Source: an uncultured Hormoscilla sp. (GTDB lineage Bacteria; Cyanobacteriota; Cyanobacteriia; Cyanobacteriales; Desertifilaceae). Taken from it: DNA of 64,000 bases. Positions 32,894-44,226 of the stretch are shown in pieces. The translations under genes and the position numbers were made by a program. The notes beneath the pieces were generated by a model. That model was not told the origin of the DNA. It ran no database searches and worked only from the letters and a program-made list of their open reading frames with translations. Location: positions 6,432,001 through 6,496,000 of the forward strand of contig OZ001293.3 in the NCBI GenBank assembly GCA_963921275.4. Direction: 5' to 3'. The stretch's first letter is position 1. Every line of letters begins with the position of its first letter.

Positions 32894-34153
32894 ATGGGCG
32901 GTAGGCGACCAATTGCAATTGACTTATTTGCCGGTGCCGGTGGGATGACCCTGGGTTTTGAACAGGCGGGGTTTGACGTACCTGCTGCGGTGGAACTAGA
33001 TCCAATTCATTGTGCTACTCACGAATTCAACTTTCCCTTCTGGTCAGTCTTATGCCAGGATATCGCTGACACGACAGGAGATCAAATCAGGAACTGCATT
33101 GGGGATAGAGAGATAGATGTTGTCTGTGGAGGACCACCTTGCCAAGGCTTTTCAGTGATCGGAAAACGCCAATTTTCCGATCCGCGCAACTGCTTAATAT
33201 CTCACTTTCGGCGGGTAGTATTAGAACTAGAACCGAAGTACTTTGTCATGGAGAACGTCCCCGGACTCGCCCTGGGAAAACATCAACAGCTGCTCAATGA
33301 CATTATTTCCGAATTTACGGCGAATGGTTATCAAGTATTATCCCATCAAGTGCTGAATGCAGCTAACTATGGAGTACCCCAGAACCGGGAAAGATTATTT
33401 ATGCTTGGGTGCCGTCAAGGACTGCCATTACCCCAATATCCGGAACCCATAACTAGACCAAATAAAAATCCAGATGAGAACCAAGACTTGCCTTTGACAC
33501 CGACAGTATGGCAAGCTATCGGAGACTTGCCGGAAGCAGAAAAATATTCAGTATTGCGGAAAAGGGACCAGGTAGTAGCAGAGTACGGCAAACCAAGTGA
33601 TTACGGTCAACAGATGCGCGGTTTGTGTATGATAGCAGATGATTACTCCTATGCCCGCCAGTACGACCCGAGATTACTCACTTCCAGTATCAGGACAAAT
33701 CATACGAAGAAATCTAGAGCAAGATTTGAGGCAACAAGACCTGGTAAAATAGAACGGGTCAGTAGATTTCATAAACTCAATCCCGAAGGTTTGTGCAATA
33801 CTCTGAGGGCGGGAACGGCACGCGATCGGGGGGCGTATACATCTCCCAGACCGATACATCCGTACACACCGCGTTGCATTACAGTCAGGGAAGCAGGAAG
33901 GTTACATTCCTATCCAGACTGGTTGAGATTTCATGTTACCAAATGGCACGGCTTTCGGCAAATAGGAAATTCGGTACCGCCGTTATTAGCGAAAGCTGTA
34001 GCAGCAGAGATCATCCGTTCTCTAGGAGTAGAACCCTGCAAACCTTGTGAAGAACAACCTTTGGGAAAGAAAGAGTTACTGCATATGACTATGTCACAAG
34101 CAACTGCATATTATGGTGCAGATCCCCAGGCGATCGCACATCGGAGCCGATAA
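32894..34153 (+). CDS. Orphan DNA (cytosine-5) methyltransferase, probably of the CGATCG (HIP1-core) M.Ssp6803I type
   Basis: DLFAGAGG, GGPPCQGFS, ENV, QIGNSV motifs. The specificity rests on my recollection of the target-recognition region (CNTLRAGT..RGA.T.PRPIH), not on a search. Confidence 0.85.
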   Translation: MGGRRPIAIDLFAGAGGMTLGFEQAGFDVPAAVELDPIHCATHEFNFPFWSVLCQDIADTTGDQIRNCIGDREIDVVCGGPPCQGFSVIGKRQFSDPRNCLISHFRRVVLELEPKYFVMENVPGLALGKHQQLLNDIISEFTANGYQVLSHQVLNAANYGVPQNRERLFMLGCRQGLPLPQYPEPITRPNKNPDENQDLPLTPTVWQAIGDLPEAEKYSVLRKRDQVVAEYGKPSDYGQQMRGLCMIADDYSYARQYDPRLLTSSIRTNHTKKSRARFEATRPGKIERVSRFHKLNPEGLCNTLRAGTARDRGAYTSPRPIHPYTPRCITVREAGRLHSYPDWLRFHVTKWHGFRQIGNSVPPLLAKAVAAEIIRSLGVEPCKPCEEQPLGKKELLHMTMSQATAYYGADPQAIAHRSR

Positions 34154-34623
34154 GCCGTTCGTAGTAAGACACACGGTTCGTAGTAAGCACTTCGATGCAC
34201 TCGCGCTACTCGCACTACCCCTCGCGCATCGAAGCGTGCTTGCCAGGCGCTTCGCGCCTAGAGGAGTCGTTCGTAGTAATATCATGTCTGATTAAATGCC
34301 CATAATAAAAATTGCATCACCTGTAGGTTGGGTTTCGTGCCTCAACCCAACCTCGATGTCTCTCGGGTTTTCGCCGTGCGTTCGGGAGACATCGAAAGTA
34401 AGCCCTGTTGGGTTTCGCGCTTAGTCTACCCAACAAACGCAAGAGATATTTTTTATTACGGTTAATCATCCCGACTTGATATAAGACACACTTTACGGCT
34501 TGCCTGTAGTTGGGTTGACTTCTGGAAACCCAAGGTCAACCGCAGTAATGGTTGGGCTTACCCACGACCCACGTTACCCAACCTACAGGAATTCCCAATT
34601 GGGAATTGGGAATTGGGAATTAA

Positions 34624-35100
34624 TTAGGAACAATCGAAAGCTGATGGGATGTATTCTTGGAGGATGAACTGATAATTGCCAACCCGTACAGCTTGCCCCA
34701 GTTTAACAGGTTCTGACTGATTTGCTTGAGGGTTATAATTTTGTAATTGAGGTAAACTATGACAGCGCACTAAGGCAACATCAAAGCGACAGGATAGATC
34801 GGCATAGGCGGGATATTCGGCCAGAAATAACTCCGCCGCCTGCCAGATTAACTGCTGCTTTTTGACCGCGATCGCCAGTTTGCCACCGGCATCCCAGTTG
34901 CCGCGACTGCGAGTTTTCACCTCCACAAATGCTAACTCATGGGCCCGTTGGGCGATGATGTCCAACTCTCCCGATCGCCGTAGGCGCGCCGCAGGCGATC
35001 GGGTACGCCAGCGCCGGTGTAAGATCGCCCAACATTGCTGTTGCAGCCACTGTGCCACCAGTTCTTCTCCCAAAACCCCTTTATCAGCAGATAAACTCAT
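34624..35100 (-). CDS. yraN: YraN (UPF0102) family protein with an 8-aa palindrome-derived insertion
   Basis: GELDIIA, FVEVKTR, CRFDVA. Confidence 0.88.
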   Translation of the reverse strand: MSLSADKGVLGEELVAQWLQQQCWAILHRRWRTRSPAARLRRSGELDIIAQRAHELAFVEVKTRSRGNWDAGGKLAIAVKKQQLIWQAAELFLAEYPAYADLSCRFDVALVRCHSLPQLQNYNPQANQSEPVKLGQAVRVGNYQFILQEYIPSAFDCS

Positions 35101-35166
35101 CAGCCTCTTTACTCAGTTGGCTCGATATGGTACAACTATAATCGCATATCTATTAACTTTTGTCCT

Positions 35167-35679
35167 GTGATGAATCCTAGACGACACTGGCCTCTGGCCA
35201 AAATGCTACTGAGTTTATGCCTGTTTCTGCTATTGTCGATCGCAGGGGTAAGTGCGATCGCGACCCCTGCGTTAGCGACAGACTACAGCGAACGCATCCT
35301 CAAAGGGGCGGACTTTTCTGGTCAAGATCTGAGAGACTCAAAATTTGAGAGAGCAGATCTGACAAATAGTAACTTCTCTCATGCAAATTTGCGAGGGGTG
35401 AGTTTGTTTTTAGCTAAGCTAGATGGAGCTAACCTGGAGGGAGCGGATCTCACATTCTCTATAATCGACACAGCTCGCTTTAACAATGCTAATTTAACCA
35501 ATGCTATATTTGAGGATGCTTTAGCCTATAATGCCAAGTTTGAAGGCGCGATCGTTGACGGTGCCGATTTCACAGGGGTGTACTTCCGGAGAACTACGGA
35601 AAAATTGCTGTGTAAGGCAGCGAAAGGTACTAATCCTGTAACTGGCAGGAAAACTCGCGATACTCTTTTTTGTTATTAG
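35167..35679 (+). CDS. Secreted pentapeptide repeat protein
   Basis: Signal peptide, A(D/N)LXX repeats, C-terminal GTNPVTGRKTRDTL. Confidence 0.9.
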   Translation: MMNPRRHWPLAKMLLSLCLFLLLSIAGVSAIATPALATDYSERILKGADFSGQDLRDSKFERADLTNSNFSHANLRGVSLFLAKLDGANLEGADLTFSIIDTARFNNANLTNAIFEDALAYNAKFEGAIVDGADFTGVYFRRTTEKLLCKAAKGTNPVTGRKTRDTLFCY

Positions 35680-35879
35680 TCTATCGTGAATGGTAGGTTG
35701 GTTGAGGTCCCTTACCCAACCTACCATTCGGGGTGACGGGGAAGTTGATTTGATCTAACCCTGCATTTTCTTACGAACTCTCGGGTTGGGATGATAATAT
35801 CTTAAATAATTCAATTGTTCTTTTTCTTCAGCAGTAAATGATATGTTAATCATTGTTACAGATATTACTAATTCGATGG

Positions 35880-36956
35880 CATTCCTATCATAACTCAACT
35901 CTCACAAAAGCGCAAGTCGATCCCTATCCGAGTATATTAGAGGTTTTTTGATGCGAGATGGTAGATTGGTTTCCGAATCTGCACCTGGTGATGTTTCTAA
36001 AATTGTTCCACTCCTACCCCCAAGCCTGCCCTATGGCATATCTTACCAGGCGAAAACGGCTAGCGGGATGAGTGGGGGACCGGTGTGCTGCTGGCAAGGT
36101 GATTGCGGTGCATGGTCACAGGGATGAGGCATCCATTAATCACCTTAAGTGGGACGTTCTGATAAATGTCTACAACACAATCAAAAGCCAAATTGATAAG
36201 GCGGAAAGTTTCTTGATGCAAGGGAATAACTTATCACAAAAAGGACAGTATGAAAAGGCGATCGCATTATACGACAAAGCGATAGATATTAAGCCAAACT
36301 ACTATGAAGCTTTGGATCGCAGAGAGATGGCGCTAATGTACTTGAAAAAATACAAAGAGGCGATTGCAGATTATGATAAAGCAACAAAAATCAAACCAGA
36401 CTATTATGATGCTTGGTATCACAGAGGCTATGGGCTAAGGCACTTGGGAAAATACCAAGAGGCGATCGCATCTTACGAGCGAGCGATATAAATTAAGCCA
36501 GATCATTATAAAGCTTGGAATTACAGAGGCTATGCACTAGAAAAGTTGCAACTATCATAAGAGGCGATCGCCTATGAGAAAGCAATTAAAATTAATCATA
36601 ACCAATATGCAATCAATAAGCTCAATAATATGCTACGGTACTTAGAGGCGATCGCACCTTTTGACAAAAAGATAGAAATCAAGCCGGACGACCATGATGC
36701 TTGGTATAACAGAGACGTGGCGCTATTTAACTTAGAACGATACGAAGAGGCGCTAAAATCCTATGAAAAAGTGATAGAAATAAAGCCAGGCTACATTATG
36801 GCTTGGAATAACAGAGGCTTGTCGTTAGAGAACTTGGAACGATACGATGAAGCGCTAGAATCCTATGACAAGGCCATTAAAATTTATCCTAACTTCCAAG
36901 ATGCAATCAATAACCGTAAGCGGTTGCTTCTGAAGCTAGGACGTCCAACCCGATAG
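35880..36956 (+). pseudogene. Trypsin-like protease-TPR protein, fragmented
   Basis: ISYQAKTASGMSGGPV..VIAVHG near 36040-36115, then TPR repeats broken by stops and frameshifts. Confidence 0.75.
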
Positions 36957-37015
36957 AGATACAGATTTTCCTATTCCTACTATGCAGCCAGAAACCCGGT
37001 TTCTTAGCTTTACGG

Positions 37016-38965
37016 CTAAACATCACTTTCCCAAGGCACCTGTACCAAGTCTAACAGAGAAGTCTGGCGGAGTCGATCTATTTCCGAAATTCGCTGCTTG
37101 GCCTGATAGAATTGCTGATAATAATAATGCCACCCTTCTGGATCGCGAACTCGGTCAGTATTTGTCCAACGTCGCAGACAATAGCGAGAACGAATCTCAC
37201 AAATGGCCCTCTCCATACAGGCGATCACAGCTTGAATAATCAGAGGAGTGCGGCGGATATCCCGTTGAGTTTTCTCATCCAAATAAAATAGCTGTTGCAC
37301 TTGCGCCATTTGCTGAGAAAATTGGAGACAGTGGTCCTGTAATTTAGAGAGGAGGTGGGGTGAAGTAAGTTCTAGGGACTGTTGAACAAGCTGAATTTGA
37401 GACCACAAAAAGCGATGCTGCTGTCTGGTAAAGTCTAAAGCTTTATCTCTGAGGGCCTGGAGAATTTGACTGCGGTATTGGGGATAATGGAGGTAAACTC
37501 GTAGGAGTAAAGCTTCTGCCTGTGCTAAACGTTGGCTATCAGAACTAACGGGTAACTCTACAGACTTGTCTTGCTGCTGCTGAGATTTCTGCTTATCTGC
37601 CCGCCGTTGTGGTTTTTTAACTTGAGTGAGTAAATCTTGCGCTAGTTTGGGCACCAGTCGGGAGTCTCCTGAGGAGAGGAGTTGGGCACATAGATTGATA
37701 TAATAGGTGCGGGACGTGCTATCTTGGATCTGTCTGAGGAGGGCGATCGTCTGCTTGGAGACTTGCTGAAACTGATCGGCTTTTTGCAGATTTTTGCCCT
37801 TGAGGATTTGTTGAATTTGCCAATCTATCCAGAGAGGGGCATCTGCTAACAGTTGTTGGTAAGGTAGAGGAGAACCAGAGAGTTTGAGAAAGTCATCGGC
37901 ATCTTTGCCATCGGGAAGGTTGAGAATGCGCAGTTGCACCTGTCCTTTATAGGCCAGATCGGCAACTTCGCCAATGGCCCTTTCGGTAGCAGTGGTGCCC
38001 GCAGCATCGGCGTCAAAATTCAGCACCAGGCGTTTAGAAGCACTGTAACGCAAGAGTTGCCGAACTTGGGTGGCACTTAAAGCCGTGCCCAGAGAGGCGA
38101 CCACATTGGTGATGCCAGCAGCATGGAGGGCGATCGCGTCAAAATAACCTTCTACTACCACAGCCTGGTCCAGTTTAGCAATAGCATCTTTAGCTTTATC
38201 CAAAGCAAAGAGAGTTTTGCCTTTATCGAAGACAGGAGTTTCCGGAGAATTGAGATATTTAGGTTTGTCATCCCCAAGAGTGCGGCCCCCAAAAGCGACG
38301 ATCCGTCCTTGGATGTCCTGGATGGGAATTGTCAGGCGATCGCGGAATCGATCGTAATAACCGCTACCATTCTTGCGGGGCAGGATCAAGCCTGCCAGTT
38401 CCACCAACTTGACAGAATAGCCCTTGACCTCTACTAAATAATGGTATAGGGTTTCCCAGCCAGGTGGGGCATAACCCAGTTGAAACTGTTGAATAGTCTC
38501 TTCCCGTAGCTGGCGATCGGATCTAAGATATTCCAGGGGGGTCTCTCCTAGGGAAGGTTCGCGCAGGGCATGTTGATAGAAACTTGACGCCAAAGCCAAA
38601 ACTTGATATAACTGTTCTTGGAGAGTAATTTGGCGTTGGAGTTCGTGGCGTTCTTCTGGTGCCATGGTCTTGATCTGCAACTGGTGCGATCGGGCCAGGT
38701 CCAGGACGACATCAGAGAAAGAACGCTTATCCAGTTCCATCAAGAAAGTGATGACATTGCCGCCAGCACTACAACCAAAACAATGGTAAAATTGTTTAGT
38801 AGAACTGACCGTAAAGCTGGGAGATTTTTCCTCATGAAAAGGACAGAGTCCGACAAAATCCTTGCCCCGCTTGCGGAGGACGACTCGTTGGGAAATCACA
38901 TCGACAATGTCAATATGCTGCTTGACTTCTTCAATAGTGTCGGGGTGCAGGCGCGGAATGATCAT
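37016..38965 (-). CDS. dnaG: DNA primase
   Basis: CPFH..CFGC zinc finger, KYLNSPET, VEGYFD, FDAD, KDADD. Confidence 0.97.
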   Translation of the reverse strand: MIIPRLHPDTIEEVKQHIDIVDVISQRVVLRKRGKDFVGLCPFHEEKSPSFTVSSTKQFYHCFGCSAGGNVITFLMELDKRSFSDVVLDLARSHQLQIKTMAPEERHELQRQITLQEQLYQVLALASSFYQHALREPSLGETPLEYLRSDRQLREETIQQFQLGYAPPGWETLYHYLVEVKGYSVKLVELAGLILPRKNGSGYYDRFRDRLTIPIQDIQGRIVAFGGRTLGDDKPKYLNSPETPVFDKGKTLFALDKAKDAIAKLDQAVVVEGYFDAIALHAAGITNVVASLGTALSATQVRQLLRYSASKRLVLNFDADAAGTTATERAIGEVADLAYKGQVQLRILNLPDGKDADDFLKLSGSPLPYQQLLADAPLWIDWQIQQILKGKNLQKADQFQQVSKQTIALLRQIQDSTSRTYYINLCAQLLSSGDSRLVPKLAQDLLTQVKKPQRRADKQKSQQQQDKSVELPVSSDSQRLAQAEALLLRVYLHYPQYRSQILQALRDKALDFTRQQHRFLWSQIQLVQQSLELTSPHLLSKLQDHCLQFSQQMAQVQQLFYLDEKTQRDIRRTPLIIQAVIACMERAICEIRSRYCLRRWTNTDRVRDPEGWHYYYQQFYQAKQRISEIDRLRQTSLLDLVQVPWESDV

Positions 38966-39105
38966 GAAATTTATCCTTGAAAATGGAGAATTGAGAATGG
39001 AAAATGGAAAATTGAGAATGGAAAGGTGTTAGCAGTCATAAATATAATTGGAAGCAATTTAAAATTCGCAATTTACAATAGTGCATAAGAGGGGAAATAT
39101 AGCAG

Positions 39106-40473
39106 ATGGGAATAATTTTTCTGTCAGCAGGTCATGGCGGGATCGAAAGTGATGGGTTCAGGGATCCAGGGGCGATCGCCGGAAACACCACAGAAGCAAA
39201 AGAGATGATCCAACTGCGAGACTTGATAGCGGCGGACTTGCGATCGCGGGATTTTGAAGTGCTGGTGGTGCCAGACGACCTGAGTTTGCGGCGGTCAATA
39301 GACTGGATCAACATTCGTGCGAGACGAGGGGATGTATCAGCAGAACTGCATGCGGATGCCTTTTCTAACCCGGCAGTCAGGGGAGCGAGTATATATTACA
39401 TCGCCAATAACCAGGAGCGCAAGAACCATGCCGAGTTGTTGCTGCTGGCTCTGTTGCACAGGCTACCTCAACTGCGAAGTCGGGGAGCCAAACCAGATAC
39501 AGCTACAGGTGTGGGTAGTTTAGCATTTTGTCGCAACGTGATTCCCCCCTCTTTGCTGATTCAAGTAGGCTTTCTCACCAACCCGGACGATCGGTTCTTG
39601 TTGCAAAATCGACGGCGGGAAATTGCTCTGGGAATAGCGGACGGACTAGCAGCTTGGAGCCGTACTATTGACCCCATTGGTGCTCCCAGGCCCACCCCGA
39701 CTCAGACAGAGACCTATCCCACGATTAATATCAATCTTAACGGTCAAGTCTATGGGGAGCTGGGGGCGATCGTCAATGGCAACGCCTACATCCCGATCGA
39801 CCTAGTGGATAGTTTGGGGATTAACTTATCCCAAGCAAACGATGTCCGCCGCATCAATTATCGTAACATAGTCTATATCAAAGCGGTAGAGTTGCGGGAT
39901 TTCAATATCTCAGTCAACTGGGATAACAATACCCGGGCAGTAGTTTTACGCTCGGTATTGAAGATCTGCGGCGGTCAACTGGATCGAATTATGCGCCATG
40001 GTAACACGTCGGAAGTGCAGCTGATGATGTTTCTCAAAACGAACAATCCCGAAGGTCTCGACCAGTTTCCCGACATTCCCCGACTATACCGAGAAGAGGC
40101 ATCCATAGAGGGCGTCAACTATGATATCGCTTTTTGTCAGATGTGTGTAGAGACAGGATTTTTGCGCTTTGGTGGGGAAGTGCAACCCTCGCAAAATAAC
40201 TTTGCCGGTTTGGGAGATCTGTGGGCGGGGTCGGGTGGTGCTGTTTTTGCCAGTGCCAGAATTGGCGTGAGAGCCCATATTCAACAATTAAAAGCCTATG
40301 CTAGTACGGAACCTTTGGTGCAAGAGTTAGTTGCGCCCCGGTTTCGCTTTATTACTCGCGGCATTGCCCCCTTGATCGGACAGCTGAGTGGTCGTTGGAA
40401 TGCCGACACTCAGTATGGCGATCGCATTCTCTCCCTTCTCCGGCGTCTGTACGAGTCCGCTGGGTTACTTTAA
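39106..40473 (+). CDS. N-acetylmuramoyl-L-alanine amidase plus glucosaminidase-like protein (TftA-like)
   Basis: SAGHGG and ELHADA amidase_3 motifs; C-terminal QMCVETGFLRFGG..NNFAGLG. Confidence 0.85.
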   Translation: MGIIFLSAGHGGIESDGFRDPGAIAGNTTEAKEMIQLRDLIAADLRSRDFEVLVVPDDLSLRRSIDWINIRARRGDVSAELHADAFSNPAVRGASIYYIANNQERKNHAELLLLALLHRLPQLRSRGAKPDTATGVGSLAFCRNVIPPSLLIQVGFLTNPDDRFLLQNRRREIALGIADGLAAWSRTIDPIGAPRPTPTQTETYPTININLNGQVYGELGAIVNGNAYIPIDLVDSLGINLSQANDVRRINYRNIVYIKAVELRDFNISVNWDNNTRAVVLRSVLKICGGQLDRIMRHGNTSEVQLMMFLKTNNPEGLDQFPDIPRLYREEASIEGVNYDIAFCQMCVETGFLRFGGEVQPSQNNFAGLGDLWAGSGGAVFASARIGVRAHIQQLKAYASTEPLVQELVAPRFRFITRGIAPLIGQLSGRWNADTQYGDRILSLLRRLYESAGLL

Positions 40474-41092
40474 TTTCACTGTCATACCACCAGGGGTTCG
40501 TTCCAGGCGCTAGTGTTCGGCTTGATTTACTGCTGAATGTTCTGCTTGCGAGGCTTTCAACTTGTCAATATCCTTGCGGGTTTCTTGCCATTGACGCTGG
40601 TAAATTGCGACCCGTCCTGTTTTCTGGATCTAGTTGTGCTTCAATGCTTTGACTTGTTATTCTAAGGCATTGAAGCGCGATCGGTCTGCGGACGGCAATC
40701 TTAAATTATTGGTTTGTATCATTCTCAACACGAGCAAGGCCGGGTTTTTATGGAAGTGTTGTGAGTTTTTGAGTGAGGGGAACACGGCTTACGCCTGCGC
40801 GAGAAATCGAACTGTGCGGCTGACAACGATTTTTTTCGCTTTTATCACATGAGTGATACGGTCCCCGCGAAAGTAGTTCTTCCTACTATTAGCTAATCGA
40901 GTGAGAGCTGGGTAAATAATGCTTGAAATTATTACATGAAAAGGGTTTGAGCGAAAGCCACGTAAACTTACCAGCAGTCACCTACTGCATATGCTTATGG
41001 CCCCGAAGACAAATCTGGGAGAATAGGTATGAAGGGCTTTTCTCACATGAACTAAGCAACATTGATTAAACTCACATGAATGAGATTTTTCG

Positions 41093-41323
41093 GCTACATA
41101 TATCTAGATTAAAGTCACATTGATTGAAAAATTAGTCACGGGACTCTATGACAAAGTAGCGTGACTCTATGGCAAGGTAATATTAAGTGAGGGGTTCGTC
41201 ACGTGACTCTAACGCAGAGTCACGCAACTCTAACGCAGAGTCACGCAACTCTAACGCAGAGTAGCGCTGCTTAATTGCAGAGTTACGTGACTTAATATAC
41301 TGGTCATGTGACTTTCACGCAGA
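41093..41323. repeat. Degenerate 21-bp tandem array (about 11 units)
   Basis: A GTCAC/GTAGC-like motif recurs at 41114, 41135, 41156, 41198, 41219, 41240, 41261, 41282 and 41303. Confidence 0.8.
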
Positions 41324-41399
41324 TGCTCCGATAACAGTTGCTCAAAACCTGTGGGAGTACAACGTGGCACTCCAACAAGCGGAGTTACTCGACCAGACT

Positions 41400-41605
41400 C
41401 GACAGCAAGCTAAAGAACTGGTCCATGCACTCTTTGCAGCAAACCCAAGCCCAGATGATTCAGAATGAAAAAATGGCCAGTTTGGGGCAGTTGGTTGCAG
41501 GTGTTGCCCATGAAATTAATAACCCGGTCAACTTATCTAGGGCAACCTCGTCCATGTAAGCGAGTACAAGATTTACTCTCTTTTGTGCAACTATACCAGA
41601 AACAT
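41400..41605 (+). pseudogene. Histidine kinase fragment
   Basis: [22 protein letters not shown], then a frameshift and a repeat cluster. Confidence 0.75.
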
Positions 41606-41619
41606 GGCGACGCACGGCG

Positions 41620-42110
41620 AAACTCGGGGGACAGCACTACCCCCGAGACATCGTACTCGCACAAAAGGGGAGACGCTGGCTCCTGGCCTTCCGATTTTTC
41701 CGGAACGGTAGACGCGCTCATTCAAAGTCCGATGTCACCACTTACAAGAGTCGGACCGATCGCGCAGGGGTGTGGTCAAAACCCGTTGGTAGGAGGCCTC
41801 GCCTTCTGTGCGCCCCGGTCGCTCGATGTCTCCCGGGAGCTCGATGTCTCGGGGGAGCGCTAATCGCACTACCCCCGAGACATCGTAGTCGCACTACCCG
41901 GGAGATATCGTAACCGCACTACCCGGGGCGCACAGCCCGAACCCTAAAGGGTCCGGCTACAGGAACAAAGCCCGCCTGCGCGGGCTATTTACACGCATCT
42001 AAGATGCACCCGGCTATCAACTACTTGTGACCGCACCCAAGAGACCGCTCGCGTGTCTACTCGCACAAAAGGGGAGACATCGTACTCGCACAAAAGCTTA
42101 GACATCGACG
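41620..42110. repeat. Cluster of nested small palindromic repeats
   Basis: Several GCACTACCC, GAGACATCG and GCACAAAAGGGG modules plus REP-like units. Confidence 0.8.
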
Positions 42111-42335
42111 CCACATCTGGTCAAAGGCCACCAGTTCCAGGGGTTGCAGGACACTCAAATGTCGCACTCCCAACAGCATAACCGTGACCGCAAAGCTGGC
42201 AATCAAGACCCGATGTGCGATTTCGGACTGGTAGTTGAGTAATCAACTTTAGTCTTTTACCGATGCGCCCGACAATGGGAATTTTACTAAACCACTGATA
42301 ACGATGAGGCAAGTTCAGGACTGGACCAGATGATT

Positions 42336-42767
42336 TCAGGGAAGAAAATAACTGTACCAAGCCGACTCGCCATTGTCATTGGCTTGACGCCGCAGCAAAC
42401 GCCAAGATTTCGCTTCTATCTGCCGTTGCAGGTACAAGTCAAAGGGGTTTTGCCCTTGAGTGACTTTACCTTCAGAAGACATCTTAATAGTATAATCATA
42501 AAATCCCTGTAAATGAAAGGTGGCTAAATTTTGCACGACCAAGGGTTCGCGCTTGGTAATTCGCAGCCGTTCGATTTGATCGCTGGTGGGTGAATCCAGG
42601 TGCAGCTGCTGGGTAAGCTGCTGCTGGGTGAGACTCAGCTGCAGAGCGATCGCCTTCTCTACCAGCTGCTTATTCGGCGTAGGACCGTTGATGCTACAGG
42701 CGACTAGCAGTCCCGCCAGGGCTAATGGTACAATGACCCGCCAAATCCTAGTTGCTCTTGAGTGCAT
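42336..42767 (-). CDS. Hypothetical lipoprotein
   Basis: LVAC lipobox; NPFDLYLQRQ..WRL; start probably at 42767. Confidence 0.7.
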   Translation of the reverse strand: MHSRATRIWRVIVPLALAGLLVACSINGPTPNKQLVEKAIALQLSLTQQQLTQQLHLDSPTSDQIERLRITKREPLVVQNLATFHLQGFYDYTIKMSSEGKVTQGQNPFDLYLQRQIEAKSWRLLRRQANDNGESAWYSYFLP

Positions 42768-42878
42768 GAAGGCCGATCTCATCACTATCTTGACTATTCC
42801 CATATAGTAAAGGATATTTAAAAGCGCCCGGATATTTACTATGATCGATCGTATAACTTCGCTTGTGTATGCCTCCCT

Positions 42879-43505
42879 ATGTCCAACAAGACTCTTGGTC
42901 TCGATAGCCAACTTTACAATTATCTCCTATCTAGCTCCTTGCGCGAGCCAGAGAGCCTGCGGCAACTGCGCTGGCAAACAGCTAGTCATCGAATGGCCCG
43001 CATGCAGATCGCCCCAGAGCAAGGACAGTTCATGGCCCTGTTAGTGCAGTTAATCGGGGCAAAGAAAACTCTGGAAGTCAATGTTTTCACTGGCTACAGT
43101 ACCCTAGCTGTGGCGCTGGCGCTCCCTCCAGATGGAAAGATAATCGCCTGTGATGTCAACCAGGAATATACTGATATAGCCCAGCAATCTTGGCAAGCCG
43201 CTGGAGTTGCGAACATGATAGATTTACGGATCGCCCCCGCACTAGAAACATTGGATCGACTCTTGGCAAATGGAGAAGCCCAAACCTTTGACTTCGCTTT
43301 CATAGATGCCGATAAAGAGAATTATCAGGGATATTACGAGCGATCGCTCCAACTCTTGCGCACTGGCGGCTTAATGGCTATCGATAACGTCCTCACCCAA
43401 GCAATTCGAGCCTTCAATCATTTGTTGCACCAAGACGAACGGGTGACCATTAGCATGGTGCCAATTGCCGATGGATTGACTTTAGCACTCAAACGAGGTC
43501 TCTAG
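42879..43505 (+). CDS. Class I SAM-dependent O-methyltransferase (CCoAOMT-like), with an apparent short internal deletion
   Basis: EQGQF, FDFAFIDADK, AIDNVL. Confidence 0.85.
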   Translation: MSNKTLGLDSQLYNYLLSSSLREPESLRQLRWQTASHRMARMQIAPEQGQFMALLVQLIGAKKTLEVNVFTGYSTLAVALALPPDGKIIACDVNQEYTDIAQQSWQAAGVANMIDLRIAPALETLDRLLANGEAQTFDFAFIDADKENYQGYYERSLQLLRTGGLMAIDNVLTQAIRAFNHLLHQDERVTISMVPIADGLTLALKRGL

Positions 43506-43582
43506 GTTTGCTCAAGTCTCCCTAACTTGCTTTGTCCAATCGCTCTAGTTATGATATCACGCTTAATGAGGGGAAAACCGCT

Positions 43583-44155
43583 ATGGAGTTTGTCATTATC
43601 ACCCTACTTTTCCTGGGGATTATCTTTTAGCTACCGGGAGTTGTCTGGATGGGAATTCAGGCTTTCGCTGATCATCCATCTTGGGGTTTAGCTTATGTAC
43701 TTATCCCCGGATATTGGTTGGCATTTTTCTATATCAAATGGAAAATCAAATGGAGAAGACAAAGAATAAAATGGCCCTTTGTATTGCAGGTGTTGGGTTA
43801 TTTATTCATAACCATGTCGGGAATTATGTATTTGTTAACTCCCCTCAGCTTATTGAGTTTTAAGCAGTCTAAAGTCCCGGTAGAACCAACGACGGCTCCT
43901 CTGCTGGAACTGGAGTCGGAGCTAAAGTTGACTTATGAAGAATACATGAAGATCGCCTATTCATATTACAATAAGCAAGATTATAACACAGCTTTAATCA
44001 ACTTTAGAAGAGCCTTGGCTAAACGACGATCATTTAGCTCTGGAGGAGGCCCGCAAAACTGAAGTAAGGATTAAGCGCCGGAAATATCAAAGATTCATGA
44101 GAATAGGTTATGCAGCTTTCGATCGGGGAGATTATGACACGGCGATAATTAACTA
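43583..44155 (+). pseudogene. Membrane-anchored TPR protein, degraded
   Basis: TM segments followed by DYNTALINFRRAL; early stop and frameshift. Confidence 0.55.
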
Positions 44156-44226
44156 AAGCACAGAGCAGTCAGTAAATTCAAAATTTTTGCATTAACAACT
44201 GACAACTGACAACTGACAACTGAGCC

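Noticed and set aside
42110..42230. CHASE2-like N-terminal remnant on the minus strand (VLIASFAVTVMLLGVRHL..ELVAFDQM)
   Set aside because: Only about 35 codons with no start; too short to call reliably.
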